The notes under the pieces: model-generated
The model's input: only the letters and a program-made list of their open reading frames with translations
Database searches by the model: none
Told to the model about the DNA's origin: nothing
Origin: Malacoraja senta
Lineage: Eukaryota
Reading direction: 5' to 3'
Assembly: GCA_038087875.1 (NCBI GenBank)
Contig: JAXLNO010002217.1
Coordinates: 248,001 to 307,160 of the forward strand
DNA length: 59,160 nucleotides
Translations under genes and position numbers: made by a program
Shown: positions 46,123 through 59,160 of the stretch, one piece after another
Numbering within the stretch: the first letter of the stretch is position 1
How the letters are laid out: each line of letters starts with the position of its first letter

Positions 46123-49100
46123 CTTAAATTAATAAAGATAATGCTTTCAGGAATATTACCCAATATATTTTTAAGGGAAATAAAAGCCACATACTTTTGC
46201 AATAGTTAAATGCTTCAGTTTCTCACATGAACCCATTGCCATGGTGACTGAGGTCCACCATTCAATGCTTGGACTCCACTCCTCCCCCTACTGTTCCCTG
46301 CCTTTCTGCAGCCCCAACTCCAGTCCCAGTTCAATGCAACGACACATTTTAGAGGTTGTTCGACAAAGTTATTCTTTAAGTTATTATGTGGTAAGCAAGC
46401 ATTAATACAAATGAAAATCAGTTTTCAAATGTAATTTTGGGATTCCCGTTAGGATTTCAGTCACAGAAGACAGTAGATGCCATTTTACTGGATGAATTTA
46501 AAAGAGAGTTAGATAGAGCTCTAGGGGCTAGCGGAATCAAGGGATATGGGGAGAAGGCAGGAACAGGCTACTGCTTGTGGATGATCAGCCATGATCACAT
46601 TGAATGGTGGTGGTATCTCGAAGGGCCAAATGGCCTACTCCTGCACCTATTGTCTATGTTTCTCTGTTTCTATGTTAGGTGAGATATGGGAACATGAGGT
46701 TAGTCACTAGAGGGAGAGGAGAAACTTGGATAATTTTAAACTAAACAATTTCACTCTGTGGATTTTGACAAAAGTAAAGAAAAGGTTGAGATTGTGAGGA
46801 AGCTGGGTAGTGGGGATTTAAGAGAGATTGAGAAGAGGTTCTATTGACACTGCTCCCTTTACAAGTGTTGTGGGACCTCCAAAACTATAAAGTATTTGTA
46901 AGTATTTGAATATCATTAATCCAGGTGTACTTGATTTTACTTGTGAAGCATTTCTTTACTCATTCAGTTATTCTCGACAATTTGAGCATCACTGTCTAGG
47001 TTAGTGGTTTACCCCCATTGTTAATTGTACTCAAGACAGTGGTAGATTGCTTTCCTAAACCTTTCCATTCCTTCAGGTGAAAGTACTCTCACAGTTATAC
47101 TAGGTAGGGATTTGCAGCATTAAGAAGCAGTATCGATAAAGGAAAGGTGATTCATTTCTTGTTATCATGGGGCAAGCAATTCCTGACACCACAAAACCTC
47201 TCCATCAGCGGCAAGGCCCAATTCAGGAGGGTGCAATGCCTTGATGAATGTTACTCCAGTGATACTGAAGAAGCACAACATCATCCAGGACATAGCATGT
47301 CCCCATCTACAACTGTAATCTTCTTTGTTTCCACCACTTGTGTACAGTAATCTCGGTCTCAATCAACCACTGCAAGGTGTCTCAATGTTCATTGCCAAGG
47401 CTACTTCAATAACACCTCTCATATCAGTGATCCCATCAACCAATGAAGACAATGGCAACAGGCCCATGGGATCACCACATGCTGTGGGTGCCTCTCCAGT
47501 CATGACTTGGAAATCCATTGCTGTTCCTTCATTCCTATCAAGAGCACTGTGGGAGCATCACAGCTAGTCACATCTTTGAAGTAAGATGCCATGAACCAAA
47601 TGGCCTATGTTTATGAGGTACCAAGTGACAGTGAGGAAGCAGCAAAAGAGCTAGGGTGATCTCTTTGAAGATAAAATGACCTAAAACAAATGGCCAATGT
47701 TTTTAGTATATCTTGTACCATGTAATCAAAAGGCCTTTGATGTGATGCATTTTGTGGAAACCTTTTCCTGTACCTCTGACCATGACTAATGTTTGTGGAA
47801 TGTGCTAAGGGGACAAAAAAAAACTATTTAAGACAATGTAATTCTGTTGTTCAGAGAAGGGGACCGAGGACAGTCGAGTGTCTACATTGGTCACTTAGCT
47901 GGAATTCTCGCTCCCTTCCATCGGCCGATGTTAAGTAAAGTTTTGAACTGGTCTACCAAACAGTTTGTGTGGTGTCTGTTTATTAAGAAGCGAACCTGTT
48001 TAGTTGTTATAAAAGTAACTTTTTCGGAAGCTCAAGTATCTGTGTTTGTCAGTGATTGGGATAAATTGTGGCAGATAATCTACAGTATGGTGCAAAGGAG
48101 AAGATTTATTCCAATTAGTTTTTACTAATATCAACATCAAAGTCAATATTTATTATCCATCCCTAACTACCTTGGAGAAGATGGTGGTGAGCTGCTTTCT
48201 TGAAGCTCTGCAATACTTTTGGCGAATATGCTCTCACACAGCTATCAGGACTTAGTCAGAGTCATGGAACCACAGAGTCGTACAGCACAGAAATAGCTGC
48301 AACACGTCCATGCTGACCTAGTTTCCTCATCAAACTTAGTTCCATTTGCCCCATATCCCTCTAAACCTTTCCTTTCCATGAACCTGTTCAAGTGTCTTTT
48401 AATTGTAATGTTAGTACTTGCTTCAACTACCTCCTCTGGCAGCTCATCACATATACCTACTACCCTTTATAGACAATAGGTGCAGGAGTAGGCCTGTTCC
48501 TGCCTTCTCCCCATATCCCCTGACTCTACTATCTTCAAGAGCCCTATCTAGCTCTCTCTTGAAAGCATCCAGTGAACTGGCCTCCATAACCCTCTGAGGC
48601 AGAGAATTCCACATATTCACAACCCTCAGTGTGAAAAAGTTTTTCCTCATCTCTCTTCTAAATGGCTTGCCCCTTATTTTTAATCTGTGGTCCCTGGTTC
48701 TGGACTCTCCCCACATCAGGAACATGTTTCCTGCCTCTAGCATGTCCAAACCCTTAATAATCTTATATGTTTCAATAAGATCCCCTCTCATCCTTCTAAG
48801 TTCCAGAGTATACAAGCCCAGCCACTCCATTCTCTCAGCATAAGACAGTCCCGTCATCCCGGGAATTAACCTTGTAAACCTACGCTGCACTCCCTCAATA
48901 GCAAGAATGCCCTTCCTCAAATTAGGGGACCAAAACTGCACACAATACTCCAGGTGGGGTCTCACTAGGGATCTGTACAACTGCAGAAGGACCTCTTTGC
49001 TTCTATACTCAACTCCTCTTGTTTGAATCCTTTATCCTACGAATGTAAAGGATGCCCTTCATGTTCATATTAAACCTTATCATCTCACCTCAAACCCGTG

Positions 49101-52100
49101 TCCTCTGGTTCTTGATACCTCCACACTGGGTAAAAGGCTCTGTTCATCCAGCCTATATATTCCCCTCAATAATTCAACTATCTCAGCCTCCTGCACTCCA
49201 AGGAATAAAGTCTGAGGGAGCACAATTTTACAGGCCCATACAGCTGATCCAACATTGGTCTCAACACCACCTTCCCACTTTCCCCACGTCTCCTGACTTC
49301 TGTTGAGTTTATAGTCAATCATCCTCTACTTTGAACATAGTCGATGTCTCAGCCTCTGCAGCTCCTTTGGGAAGATGACATCAAAAACTGTTGTGCCAGT
49401 CAGAGCAATATGGGATGACTTTGGTGTAATGACAAAACATTGTCCTCAATGAGAACTGTGCAATGGTCTTCTGATTTCTGCCAAAGCCATGGTCAACAGA
49501 TTCACCTGTTGCAGGTGGACAGGAGAGGAGGAGGTCAAGTAGGTCAATCCCTTGTGTTAGCTCATTCTCTACCTGCTGTAAAAAGAGCCTGGCAGACACA
49601 TCCTTCAGGGATTGGCCATCTCAGTGAGTGGTCGTGTGACCAAGCCACTCCCAATGAAGGATGCTGAGGTCCACATCCAGTGTACACTCTGTACTCTTGC
49701 TTCTTTTAATGTCATTCGAGATTTTGCTCAGCTGCCCAATAACGGTGGGCATTCATTGGGACTGTGATAGCTTCCCACGGTGAAATCTGTGGGCTCCTTC
49801 CCATGAATAGGCAAGCGAGGAAACAGTATGTTCTTTCTCCTTTCACCAGGGCCAATCCTCTCTCCGGGAATGGTTCAGTTTATCCTAATGGGTGCAATGG
49901 AATTGCCAGCATTTTTAATGAACACAACCCTCTATGGAGGTTTTTTCATCATGAAATGGCAGGACCTCCCTGGATTGCATGTACTCTCTCGTGGAACATC
50001 AGGCCCAGCAGGATGCAGCAAAGCACCTGGAGCTCTCCCATTTGAGATCCATTCGAAATGTTCAAAATCGCAAAGGTGCAAGTTCGATTCCAGATGGAAT
50101 CTTTATTTGTTGTATAATTCTATATCTGAACCCATTTGTATCAACACCAGTGGTGCCGGAAACCTGAGCTGGAGGGGGAGTGTCATTTAGATTGACAAGA
50201 GGCAGTGTCAGTTACTGTGCAGTGTGAGGGAACCTCAGCTTGTCCTATGCTGTGCTCAAAGCCACGTTGCTGCTTCTCCAGAATTCCACACAAGTTCCTC
50301 TGCAGAAGGTCAGTAAACTTCAGACAATATTCTTCATTGGTAATAGTGGATTAAATGAACGGGATTAAATGATTGAAATGTAGTTTGCAAAACTGATGTA
50401 CTTCTTCCAATGTTATTGTGAAATGTGTTCTCCTATTACAATGATGGTGTCTTCAATAAAAAGGGAACAAATGTCATTGTTTTTGCTACATCCGACTGAT
50501 TAAAATCTTAAATAGTGGTGTTTCTCTTGACTATTCAAATGCATTTTATTCTTTCCCACATTTCAAATTTCCTGTTTCCTACCTGCTGTATGAAAAGATT
50601 GCAATATATAACCTTGTTTGTTGTTTCTGTTTTCCAAAACAATGTTTTGATCTTGAAAGAAAAGAAATTGTTGGATGAATCATTTTCCTCCACAGATGCT
50701 GCCTGAAGGAATTTGTTTTGGGTTTTTTGCTTCATGGAGAAGAAGTGGATGTGTTGAATTTTCAGTAGGTCTTTGATAAAACCATGCATAAAAGATCAAC
50801 AAGGAATATTAAAATATGTGGATTTGGCAATGTTCAACTGGGATGGATTGAAAATTCTTTAGCAGGCTAGGAACCGAGACTTCTTTTGGGTGGCACATGG
50901 TGACTAATAAGCCATCATTGAAACCATTGCTTGAGCCTGTTATTTTCAATGTACATTAATGATTTTGACAAGGAAGTAAATTTTAATATTTCTAAGTTTT
51001 ATGACATGAAACTGAGAGTAATTAGGAGAAGCAAAGAGGATGCAAAGAGATTTCCAGGTGATCTCAGTCAATAGACAATAGACAATAGACAATAGGTGCA
51101 GGAGTAGGCCATTCGGCCCATCGAGCCAGCACAACCATTCAATGTGTTCATGGCTGATCATCCCGAATCAGTACCCCGTTCCTGCCTTCTCCCCATATCC
51201 CCTGACTCCGCTATTTTTAAGAGCCCTATCTACCTCTCTCTTGAAAGCATCCAGAGAACCTGCCTCCACCGCCCTCAACACCTCCGGGCTGCGGGACTGC
51301 GGCGCCGACCCTAACATCGGGAGCCTCGTGGCTCCAACTCGGCGCGGCCCTGTCGGCTTCAGGTGCCACGGACTCCGCTGGGAAACCGTCTGTTCCAGCC
51401 GCTGCGAGGAGTCTCCCGACGGCCAGGAACATGAGGCCTCCGTAGAGGCAATAGCGGAGGCCTCATTGGGCCTGACACTGGGGAGAACTGGGTTGGGGAC
51501 TGGACATTGTGCCTTCCCCCACAGTGGTGGTCATTGTGGGGGGATGATTTTTGTGTGCTGTGTCTGTTGGTCTTTGTTCAAGATGGCGGTCGGAGGGGAG
51601 AGTGGACGCTGGCGCGGTTTGGCTGCCGCTGCTCTCTCCTCAAATTGTGTTTCTTATTTTCTTTTTTTGTGCTTTTGTAATTGAATTCTGTCCATTTGTG
51701 TATTGTGTTTTTATATTTAATTTACTCCGATTATGTGTTATGTATTTTTGTGATTTTATGCCTTGTAAGGTGTCCTTGGGTGTTAGAAAGGTGCCAGTAA
51801 ATAAAATGAATTATTATTATTATTACTTAAATTAATAAAGATAATGCTTTCAGGAATATTACCCAATATATTTTTAAGGGAAATAAAAGCCACATACTTT
51901 TGCAATAGTTAAATGCTTCAGTTTCTCACATGAACCCATTGCCATGGTGACTGAGGTCCACCATTCAATGCTTGGACTCCACTCCTCCCCCTACTGCTCC
52001 CTGCCTTTCTGCAGCCCCAACTCCAGTCCCAGTTCAATGCAACGACACATTTTAGAGGTTGTTCGACAAAGTTATTCTTTAAGTTATTATGTGGTAAGCA

Positions 52101-55100
52101 AGCATTAGTACAAATGAAAATCAGTTTTCAAATGTAATTTTGGGATTCCCGTTAGGATTTCACTCACAGAAGACAGTAGATGCCATTTTACTGGATGAAT
52201 TTAAAAGAGAGTTAGATAGAGCTCTAGGGGCTAGCGGAATCAAGGGATATGGGGAGAAGGCAGGAACTGGCTACTGCTTGTGGATGATCAGCCATGATCA
52301 CATTGAATGGTGGTGCTATCTCGAAGGGCCAAATGGCCTACTCCTGCACCTATTGTCTATGTTTCTCTGTTTCTATGTTAGGTGAGATATGGGAACATGA
52401 GGTTAGTCACTAGAGGGAGAGGAGAAACTTGGATAATTTTAAACTAAACAATTTCACTCTGTGGATTTTGACAAAAGTAAAGAAAAGGTTGAGATTGTGA
52501 GGAAGCTGGGTAGTGGGGATTTAAGAGAGATTGAGAAGAGGTTCTATTGACACTGCTCCCTTTACAAGTGTTGTGGGACCTCCAAAACTATAAAGTATTT
52601 GTAAGTATTTGAATATCATTAATCCAGGTGTACTTGATTTTACTTGTGAAGCATTTCTTTACTCATTCAGTTATTCTCGACAATTTGAGCATCACTGTCA
52701 AGGTTAGTGGTTTACCCCCATTGTTAATTCTACTCAAGACAGTGGTAGATTGCTTTCCTAAACCTTTCCATTCCTTCAGGTGAAAGTACTCTCACAGTTA
52801 TACTAGGTAGGGAGTTGCAGCATTAAGAAGCAGTATCGATAAAGGAAAGGTGATTCATTTCTTGTTATCATGGGGCAAGCAATTCCTGACACCACAAAAC
52901 CTCTCCATCAGCGGCAAGGCCCAATTCAGGAGGGTGCAATGCCTTGATGAATGTTACTCCAGTGATACTGAAGAAGCACAACATCATCCAGGACATAGCA
53001 TGTCCCCATCTACAACTGTAATCTTCTTTGTTTCCACCACTTGTGTACAGTAATCTCGGTCTCAATCAACCACTGCAAGGTGTCTCAATGTTCATTGCCA
53101 AGGCTACTTCAATAACACCTCTCATATCAGTGATCCCATCAACCAATGAAGACAATGGCAACAGGCCCATGGGATCACCACATGCTGTGGGTGCCTCTCC
53201 AGTCATGACTTGGAAATCCATTGCTGTTCCTTCATTCCTATCAAGAGCACTGTGGGAGCATCACAGCTAGTCACATCTTTGAAGTAAGATGCCATGAACC
53301 AAATGGCCTATGTTTATGAGGTACCAAGTGACAGTGAGGAAGCAGCAAAAGAGCTAGGGTGATCTCTTTGAAGATAAAATGACCTAAAACAAATGGCCAA
53401 TGTTTTTAGTATATCTTGTACCATGTAATCAAAACGCCTTTGATGTGATGCATTCTGTGGAAACCTTTTCCTGTACCTCTGACCATGACTAATGTTTGTG
53501 GAATGTGCTAAGGGGACAAAAAAAAACTATTTAAGACAATGTAATTCTGTTGTTCAGAGAAGGGGACCGAGGACAGTCGAGTGTCTACATTGGTCACTTA
53601 GCTGGAATTCTCGCTCCCTTCCATCGGCCGATGTTAAGTAAAGTTTTGAACTGGTCTACCAAACAGTTTGTGTGGTGTCTGTTTATTAAGAAGCGAACCT
53701 GTTTAGTTGTTATAAAAGTAACTTTTTCAGAAGCTCAAGTATCTGTGTTTGTCAGTGATTGGGATAAATTGTGGCAGATAATCTACAGTATGGTGCAAAG
53801 GAGAAGATTTATTCCAATTAGTTTTTACTAATATCAACATCAAAGTCAATATTTATTATCCATCCCTAACTACCTTGGAGAAGATGGTGGTGAGCTGCCT
53901 TCTTGAAGCTCTGCAATACCTTTGGCGAATATGCTCTCACACAGCTATCAGGACTTAGTCAGAGTCATGGAACCACAGAGTCGTACAGCACAGAAATAGC
54001 TGCAACACGTCCATGCTGACCTAGTTTCCTCATCAAACTTAGTTCCATTTACCCCATATCCCTCTAAACCTTTCCTTTCCATGAACCTGTTCAAGTGTCT
54101 TTTAATTGTAATGTTAGTACTTGCTTCAACTACCTCCTCTGGCAGCTCATCACATATACCTACTACCCTTTATAGACAATAGGTGCAGGAGTAGGCCTGT
54201 TCCTGCCTTCTCCCCATATCCCCTGACTCTACTATCTTCAAGAGCCCTATCTAGCTCTCTCTTGAAAGCATCCAGTGAACTGGCCTCCATAACCCTCTGA
54301 GGCAGAGAATTCCACATATTCACAACCCTCAGTGTGAAAAGGTTTTTCCTCATCTCTCTTCTAAATGGCTTGCCCCTTATTTTTAATCTGTGGTCCCTGG
54401 TTCTGGACTCTCCCCACATCAGGAACATGTTTCCTGCCTCTAGCATGTCCAAACCCTTAATAATCTTATATGTTTCAATAAGATTCCCTCTCATCCTTCT
54501 AAGTTCCAGAGTATACAAGCCCAGCCGCTCCATTCTCTCAGCATAAGACAGTCCCGTCATCCCGGGAATTAACCTTGTAAACCTACGCTGCACTCCCTCA
54601 ATAGCAAGAATGCCCTTCCTCAAATTAGGGGACCAAAACTGCACACAATACTCCAGGTGGGGTCTCACTAGGGATCTGTACAACTGCAGAAGGACCTCTT
54701 TGCTTCTATACTCAACTTCTCTTGTTTGAATCCTTTATCCTACGAATGTAAAGGATGCCCTTCATGTTCATATTAAACCTTATCATCTCACCTCAAACCC
54801 GTGTCCTCTGGTTCTTGATACCTCCACACTGGGTAAAAGGCTCTGTTCATCCAGCCTATATATTCCCCTCAATAATTCAACTATCTCAGCCTCCTGCACT
54901 CCAAGGAATAAAGTCTGAGGGAGCACAATTTTACAGGCCCATACAGCTGATCCAACATTGGTCTCAACACCACCTTCCCACTTTCCCCACGTCTCCTGAC
55001 TTCTGTTGAGTTTATAATCAATCATCCTCTACTTTGAACATAGTCGATGTCTCAGCCTCTGCAGCTCCTTTGGGAAGATGACATCAAAAACTGTTGTGCC

Positions 55101-57639
55101 AGTCAGAGCAATATGGGATGACTTTGGTGTAATGACAAAACATTGTCCTCAATGAGAACTGTGCAATGGTCTTCTGATTTCTGCCAAAGCCATGGTCAAC
55201 AGATTCACCTGTTGCAGGTGGACAGGAGAGGAGGAGGTCAAGTAGGTCAATCCCTTGTGTTAGCTCATTCTCTACCTGCTGTAGAAAGAGCCTGGCAGAC
55301 ACATCCTTCAGGGATTGGCCATCTCAGTGAGTGGTCGTGTGACCAAGCCACTCCCAATGAAGGATGCTGAGGTCCACATCCAGTGTACACTCTGTACTCT
55401 TGCTTCTTTTAATGTCATTCGAGATTTTGCTCAGCTGCCCAATAATGGTGGGCATTCATTGGGACTGTGATAGCTTCCCACGGTGAAATCTGTGGGCTCC
55501 TTCCCATGAAGAGGCAAGCGAGGAAACAGTATGTTCTTTCTCCTTTCACCAGGGCCAAACCTCTCTCCGGGAATGGTTCAGTTTATCCTAATGGGTGCAA
55601 TGGAATTGCCAGCATTTTTAATGAACACAACCCTCTATGGAGGTTTTTTCGTCATGAAATGGCAGGACCTCCCTGGATTGCATGTACTCTCTCGTGGAAC
55701 ATCAGGCCCAGCAGGATGCAGCAAAGCACCTGGAGCTCTCCCATTTGAGATCCATTCGAAATGTTCAAAATCGCAAAGGTGCAAGTTCGATTCCAGATGG
55801 AATCTTTATTTGTTGTATAATTCTATATCTGAACCCATTTGTATCAACACCAGTGGTGCCGGAAACCTGAGCTGGAGGGGGAGTGTCATTTAGATTGACA
55901 AGAGGCAGTGTCAGTTACTGTGCAGTGTGAGGGAACCTCAGCTTGTCCTATGCTGGGCTCAAAGCCACGTTGCTGCTTCTCCAGAATTCCACACAAGTTC
56001 CTCTGCAGAAGGTCAGTAAACTTCAGACAATATTCTTCATTGGTAATAGTGGATTAAATGAACGGGATTAAATGATTGAAATGTAGTTTGCAAAACTGAT
56101 GTACTTCTTCCAATGTTATTGTGAAATGTGTTCTCCTATTACAATGATGGTGTCTTCAATAAAAAGGGAACATATGTCATTGTTTTTGCTACATCCGACT
56201 GATTAAAATCTTAAATAGTGGTGTTTCTCTTGACTATTCAAAATGCATTTTATTCTTTCCCACATTTCAAATTTCCTGTTTCCTACCTGCTGTATGAAAA
56301 GATTGCAATATATAACCTTGTTTGTTGTTTCTGTTTTCCAAAACAATGTTTTGATCTTGAAAGAAAAGAAATTGTTGGATGAATCATTTTCCTCCACAGA
56401 TGCTGCCTGAAGGAATTTGTTTTGGGTTTTTTGCTTCATGGAGAAGAAGTGGATGTGTTGAATTTTCAGTAGGTCTTTGATAAAACCATGCATAAAAGAT
56501 CAACAAGGAATATTAAAATATGTGGATTTGGCAATGTTCAACTGGGATGGATTGAAAATTCTTTAGCAGGCTAGGAACCGAGACTTCTTTTGGGTGGCAC
56601 ATGGTGACTAATGAGCCATCATTGAAACCATTGCTTGAGCCTGTTATTTTCAATGTACATTAATGATTTTGACAAGGAAGTAAATTTAATATTTCTAAGT
56701 TTTATGACATGAAACTGAGAGTAATTAGGAGAAGCAAAGAGGATGCAAAGAGATTTCCAGGTGATCTCAGTCAATAGACAATAGACAATAGACAATAGGT
56801 GCAGGAGTAGGCCATTCGGCCCATCGAGCCAGCACAACCATTCAATGTGTTCATGGCTGATCATCCCGAATCAGTACCCCGTTCCTGCCTTCTCCCCATA
56901 TCCCCTGACTCCGCTACTTTTAAGAGCCCTATCTACCTCTCTCTTGAAAGCATCCAGAGAACCTGCCTCCACCGCCCTCTGAGGCAGAGAATTCCACAGA
57001 TTCACAACTCTCTGTGAGAAAAAGTGTTTCCTCGTCTCTGTTCTAAATGGTTTACTCCTTATTCTTAAACTGTGGCCCCTGGTTCTGGACTCCCCAAACA
57101 TCAGGAACATGTTTCCTGCCTCTAGCGTGTCCAAACCCTTAACAATCTTATATGCTTCAATGAGATCCGCTCTCATCCTTCTAAACTCCAGAGTGTACAA
57201 GCCCAGCCGCTCCATTCTCCCAGCATATGACAGTCCCGCCATCCCGGGAATTAACATTGTAAACCTACGCTGCACTCCCTCAATAGCAAGAATGTCCTTC
57301 CTCAAATTAGTGGACCAAAACTGCACACAATACTCCAGGTGTGGTCTCACTAAGGCTCTGTACAACTGCAGAAGTACCTCTTTGCTCCTATATTGATTCC
57401 TCTTGTTATAAAGGCCAACATGCCATTCATTTTCTTCACTGCCTGCTGTACCTGCATGCTTACTTTCATAGACTGATGAACAAGGACCACCAGATCCCGT
57501 TGTACACCCCCTTTTCCCAAACTTGACGCCATTTAGATAGTGTTAAAGAAGGAACTGCAGATGCTGGAAAATCGAAGGTACACAAAAATGCTGGAGAAAC
57601 TCAGCGGGTGCAGCAGCATCTATGGAGCGATGGAAATAG

Positions 57640-57671
57640 GTGACGTTTCGGGCCGAAACCCTTCTTCAGAC
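57640..57671 (-). ncRNA. Minimal hammerhead-ribozyme-like core
   Basis: Reverse complement GT-CTGAAGA-A-GGGT(TTCG)GCCC-GAAAC-GTC-AC. Confidence 0.55.
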
Positions 57672-58083
57672 TGATAGGGGGTGGGGAGAAGAAAGGAAAA
57701 AACGAAAAAGGCGGAGGAGGAGCCCGAGGGCTGGGGGAGGGGAGGAGACAACCAGATGGCTGATGAAGGGGAGGGGACAGCAAGGGCTAGCAGAATTGGG
57801 AGAATTCAATGTTCAAACCCCCAGGATGTAGACTGCCCAAGCGGAATATGAGGTGCATTTCCTCCAATTTACGGTGTTGGAAATGCATTGGAGGAAATGC
57901 ACCTCATATTCCGCTTGGGCAGTCTACATCCTGGGGGTTTGAACATTGAATTCTCCCAATTCTGCTAGCCCTTGCTGTCCCCTCCCCTTCATCAGCCATC
58001 TGGTTGTCTCCTCCCCTCCCCCAGCCCTCGGGCTCCTCCTCCGCCTTTTTCCTTTTTTCCTTTCTTCTCCCCAACCCCTATCA

Positions 58084-58115
58084 GTCTGAAGAAGGGTTTC
58101 GGCCCGAAACGTCAC
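58084..58115 (+). ncRNA. Minimal hammerhead-ribozyme-like core
   Basis: GT-CTGAAGA-A-GGGT(TTCG)GCCC-GAAAC-GTC-AC; palindromic ACGT stem III; 2-bp stem I. Confidence 0.55.
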
Positions 58116-59160
58116 CTATTTCCTTCGCTCCATAGATGCTGCTGCACCCGCTGAGTTTCTCCAGCATTTTTGTGTACCTGCCATTTAGATAGTAATCTGC
58201 CTTCCTGTTTTTGCTACCAAAGTGGATAACCTCACATTTATCCGCATTAAACTTCATCTGCCATGCATCTGCCCACTCGCCCAACCTGTCCAAGTCACCC
58301 TGCATTCTCATAGCATTCTCCTCACAGTTCACACTGCCACCCAGCTTTGTGTCATCTTCAAATTTGCTAATCTTACTTTGAATCCCTTCATCCAAATCAT
58401 TGATGTATATTGTAAATAGCTGCGGTCCCAGCTCCGAACCTTGCGGTACCCAACTAGTTACTGCCTGCCATTCTGAAAGGGACCCGTTAATCCCTACACT
58501 TTGTTTCCTGTCTGCCAACCACTTCCCCATCCATGTCAGCACTCTACCCTCAATACCATGTGCCCTAATTTTGCCCACTAATCTCCTATGCGGGATCTTA
58601 TCAAATGGTTTCTGAAAGTCCAGGTAAGGAGGAGAGGAGGGAGATAGGGTAGGGGAGGGAGAGGGAAGAGTGTGGAGGGAGGGGAGAGGGGTGGGGGAGA
58701 GAGTGGAAATAGTGGGGAGGGAGAGTGGAAGGGGGAGGGGTAGGGACAGTCCATCTGTTCCCCATTTCCTATCACCCCAACCCTCTTTCTCTATTCCCAC
58801 ACACGTGATGACGCGCTTCGACACAGGCTGCGGGGGTGGGGGGAAGGGGCTGGGGCTGGGGCTGCTGCAAAGGCATATGTAAATGATCCATTCCGATTGG
58901 ACATCTGTGAGCATTGGGCATTGTGACATCACACGATGGAACGTTCACCAACATTCTATGGGTGAGAGCTGTTTTTTTAAACATTTTTAAATTTGTGGGG
59001 GGGTAGAAGGAATTTATTAAAAATGTGTACATAAACACGACGAAATTTAATCAGGAGTGGATACTTGGAAATAAATGTGAAATCTCTACCGAAATGGAAA
59101 AAATCTCGGCGTTTCTGCGTGTGGTGTTGGCGTAGTAACGAATCAAGGGCTGGCACCCAC

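Larger units (their letters stand above)
41364..56979 (+). repeat. Tandem triplication: copy A 41364-45571 (4,208 bp, internally deleted), B 45572-51274 and C 51275-56979 (period 5,703 bp)
   Basis: ORF track repeats at this period; about 99.5% identity by manual comparison; identical CR1|element junction at 45572 and 51275. Confidence 0.97.
57542..58179. mobile_element. Palindromic Penelope-derived insertion
   Basis: Arms 57576-57868 and 57887-58179 (293 bp, 3 mismatches), 18-bp spacer; 14-bp TSD GCCATTTAGATAGT (57528-57541, 58180-58193). Confidence 0.92.
56772..58626 (-). mobile_element. 5'-truncated CR1 LINE (RT core to tail), interrupted by the palindromic Penelope insertion
   Basis: YLDFQKPFDKIPH...VPQGSELGPQLFTIYINDLD...FEDDTKLGG; YRALVRPHLEYCVQFWS; (TCTATTG)n tail. 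Confidence 0.9.

Noticed and set aside
42745-54683. 177-aa ORF present three times as a tandem gene family
   Set aside because: It is the C-terminal end of CR1 ORF2, copied passively with the triplication
58081-58932. 283-aa minus-strand ORF as an RT gene
   Set aside because: Mosaic of low-complexity sequence, a CR1 RT fragment with FEDD in place of the catalytic motif, and pseudo-LTR read-through
58790-59160. Possible DNA transposon at the window end
   Set aside because: No TIR pair or TSD can be established within the window

Overview
Vertebrate genomic DNA, most likely a cartilaginous fish (skate/ray). This is inferred from the repeat content: V-SINE/HE1-like SINEs, CR1 tails, Penelope pseudo-LTRs and Mag-type Ty3/Gypsy elements. 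The window is dominated by nested transposable elements. The only host-gene material I can support is part of an MHC class I-like locus on the + strand. It has one Ig C1 (alpha3) exon at 18851-22277, split by a 3.15-kb Rex1/Babar-type LINE, and two paralogous TM+cytoplasmic terminal exons at 16655-16884 and 27401-27621 inside a duplicated block of about 2 kb. No leader, alpha1 or alpha2 exon was recognised. There are three Gypsy elements: A (minus, 1677-6997), B (plus, 10183-15952) and C (plus, 30070-32826, internally deleted). Other elements are a 2.9-kb hAT-type element, three Harbinger-like MITEs and many CR1, SINE and Penelope fragments. 41364-56979 is a recent tandem triplication of a 5,703-bp unit whose breakpoints can be read from the sequence. 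Highlights: (i) the LINE in the alpha3 exon creates a GTAAGA donor and has an in-frame AG near its tail, so it could be spliced out as a new intron; (ii) the two cytoplasmic tails differ by loss or retention of both tyrosines, including a YNQL motif; (iii) a 293-bp-arm palindromic Penelope insertion carries two divergent hammerhead-like cores; (iv) the Gypsy C deletion junction carries a 42-bp fold-back scar. All alignments and counts were done by eye.
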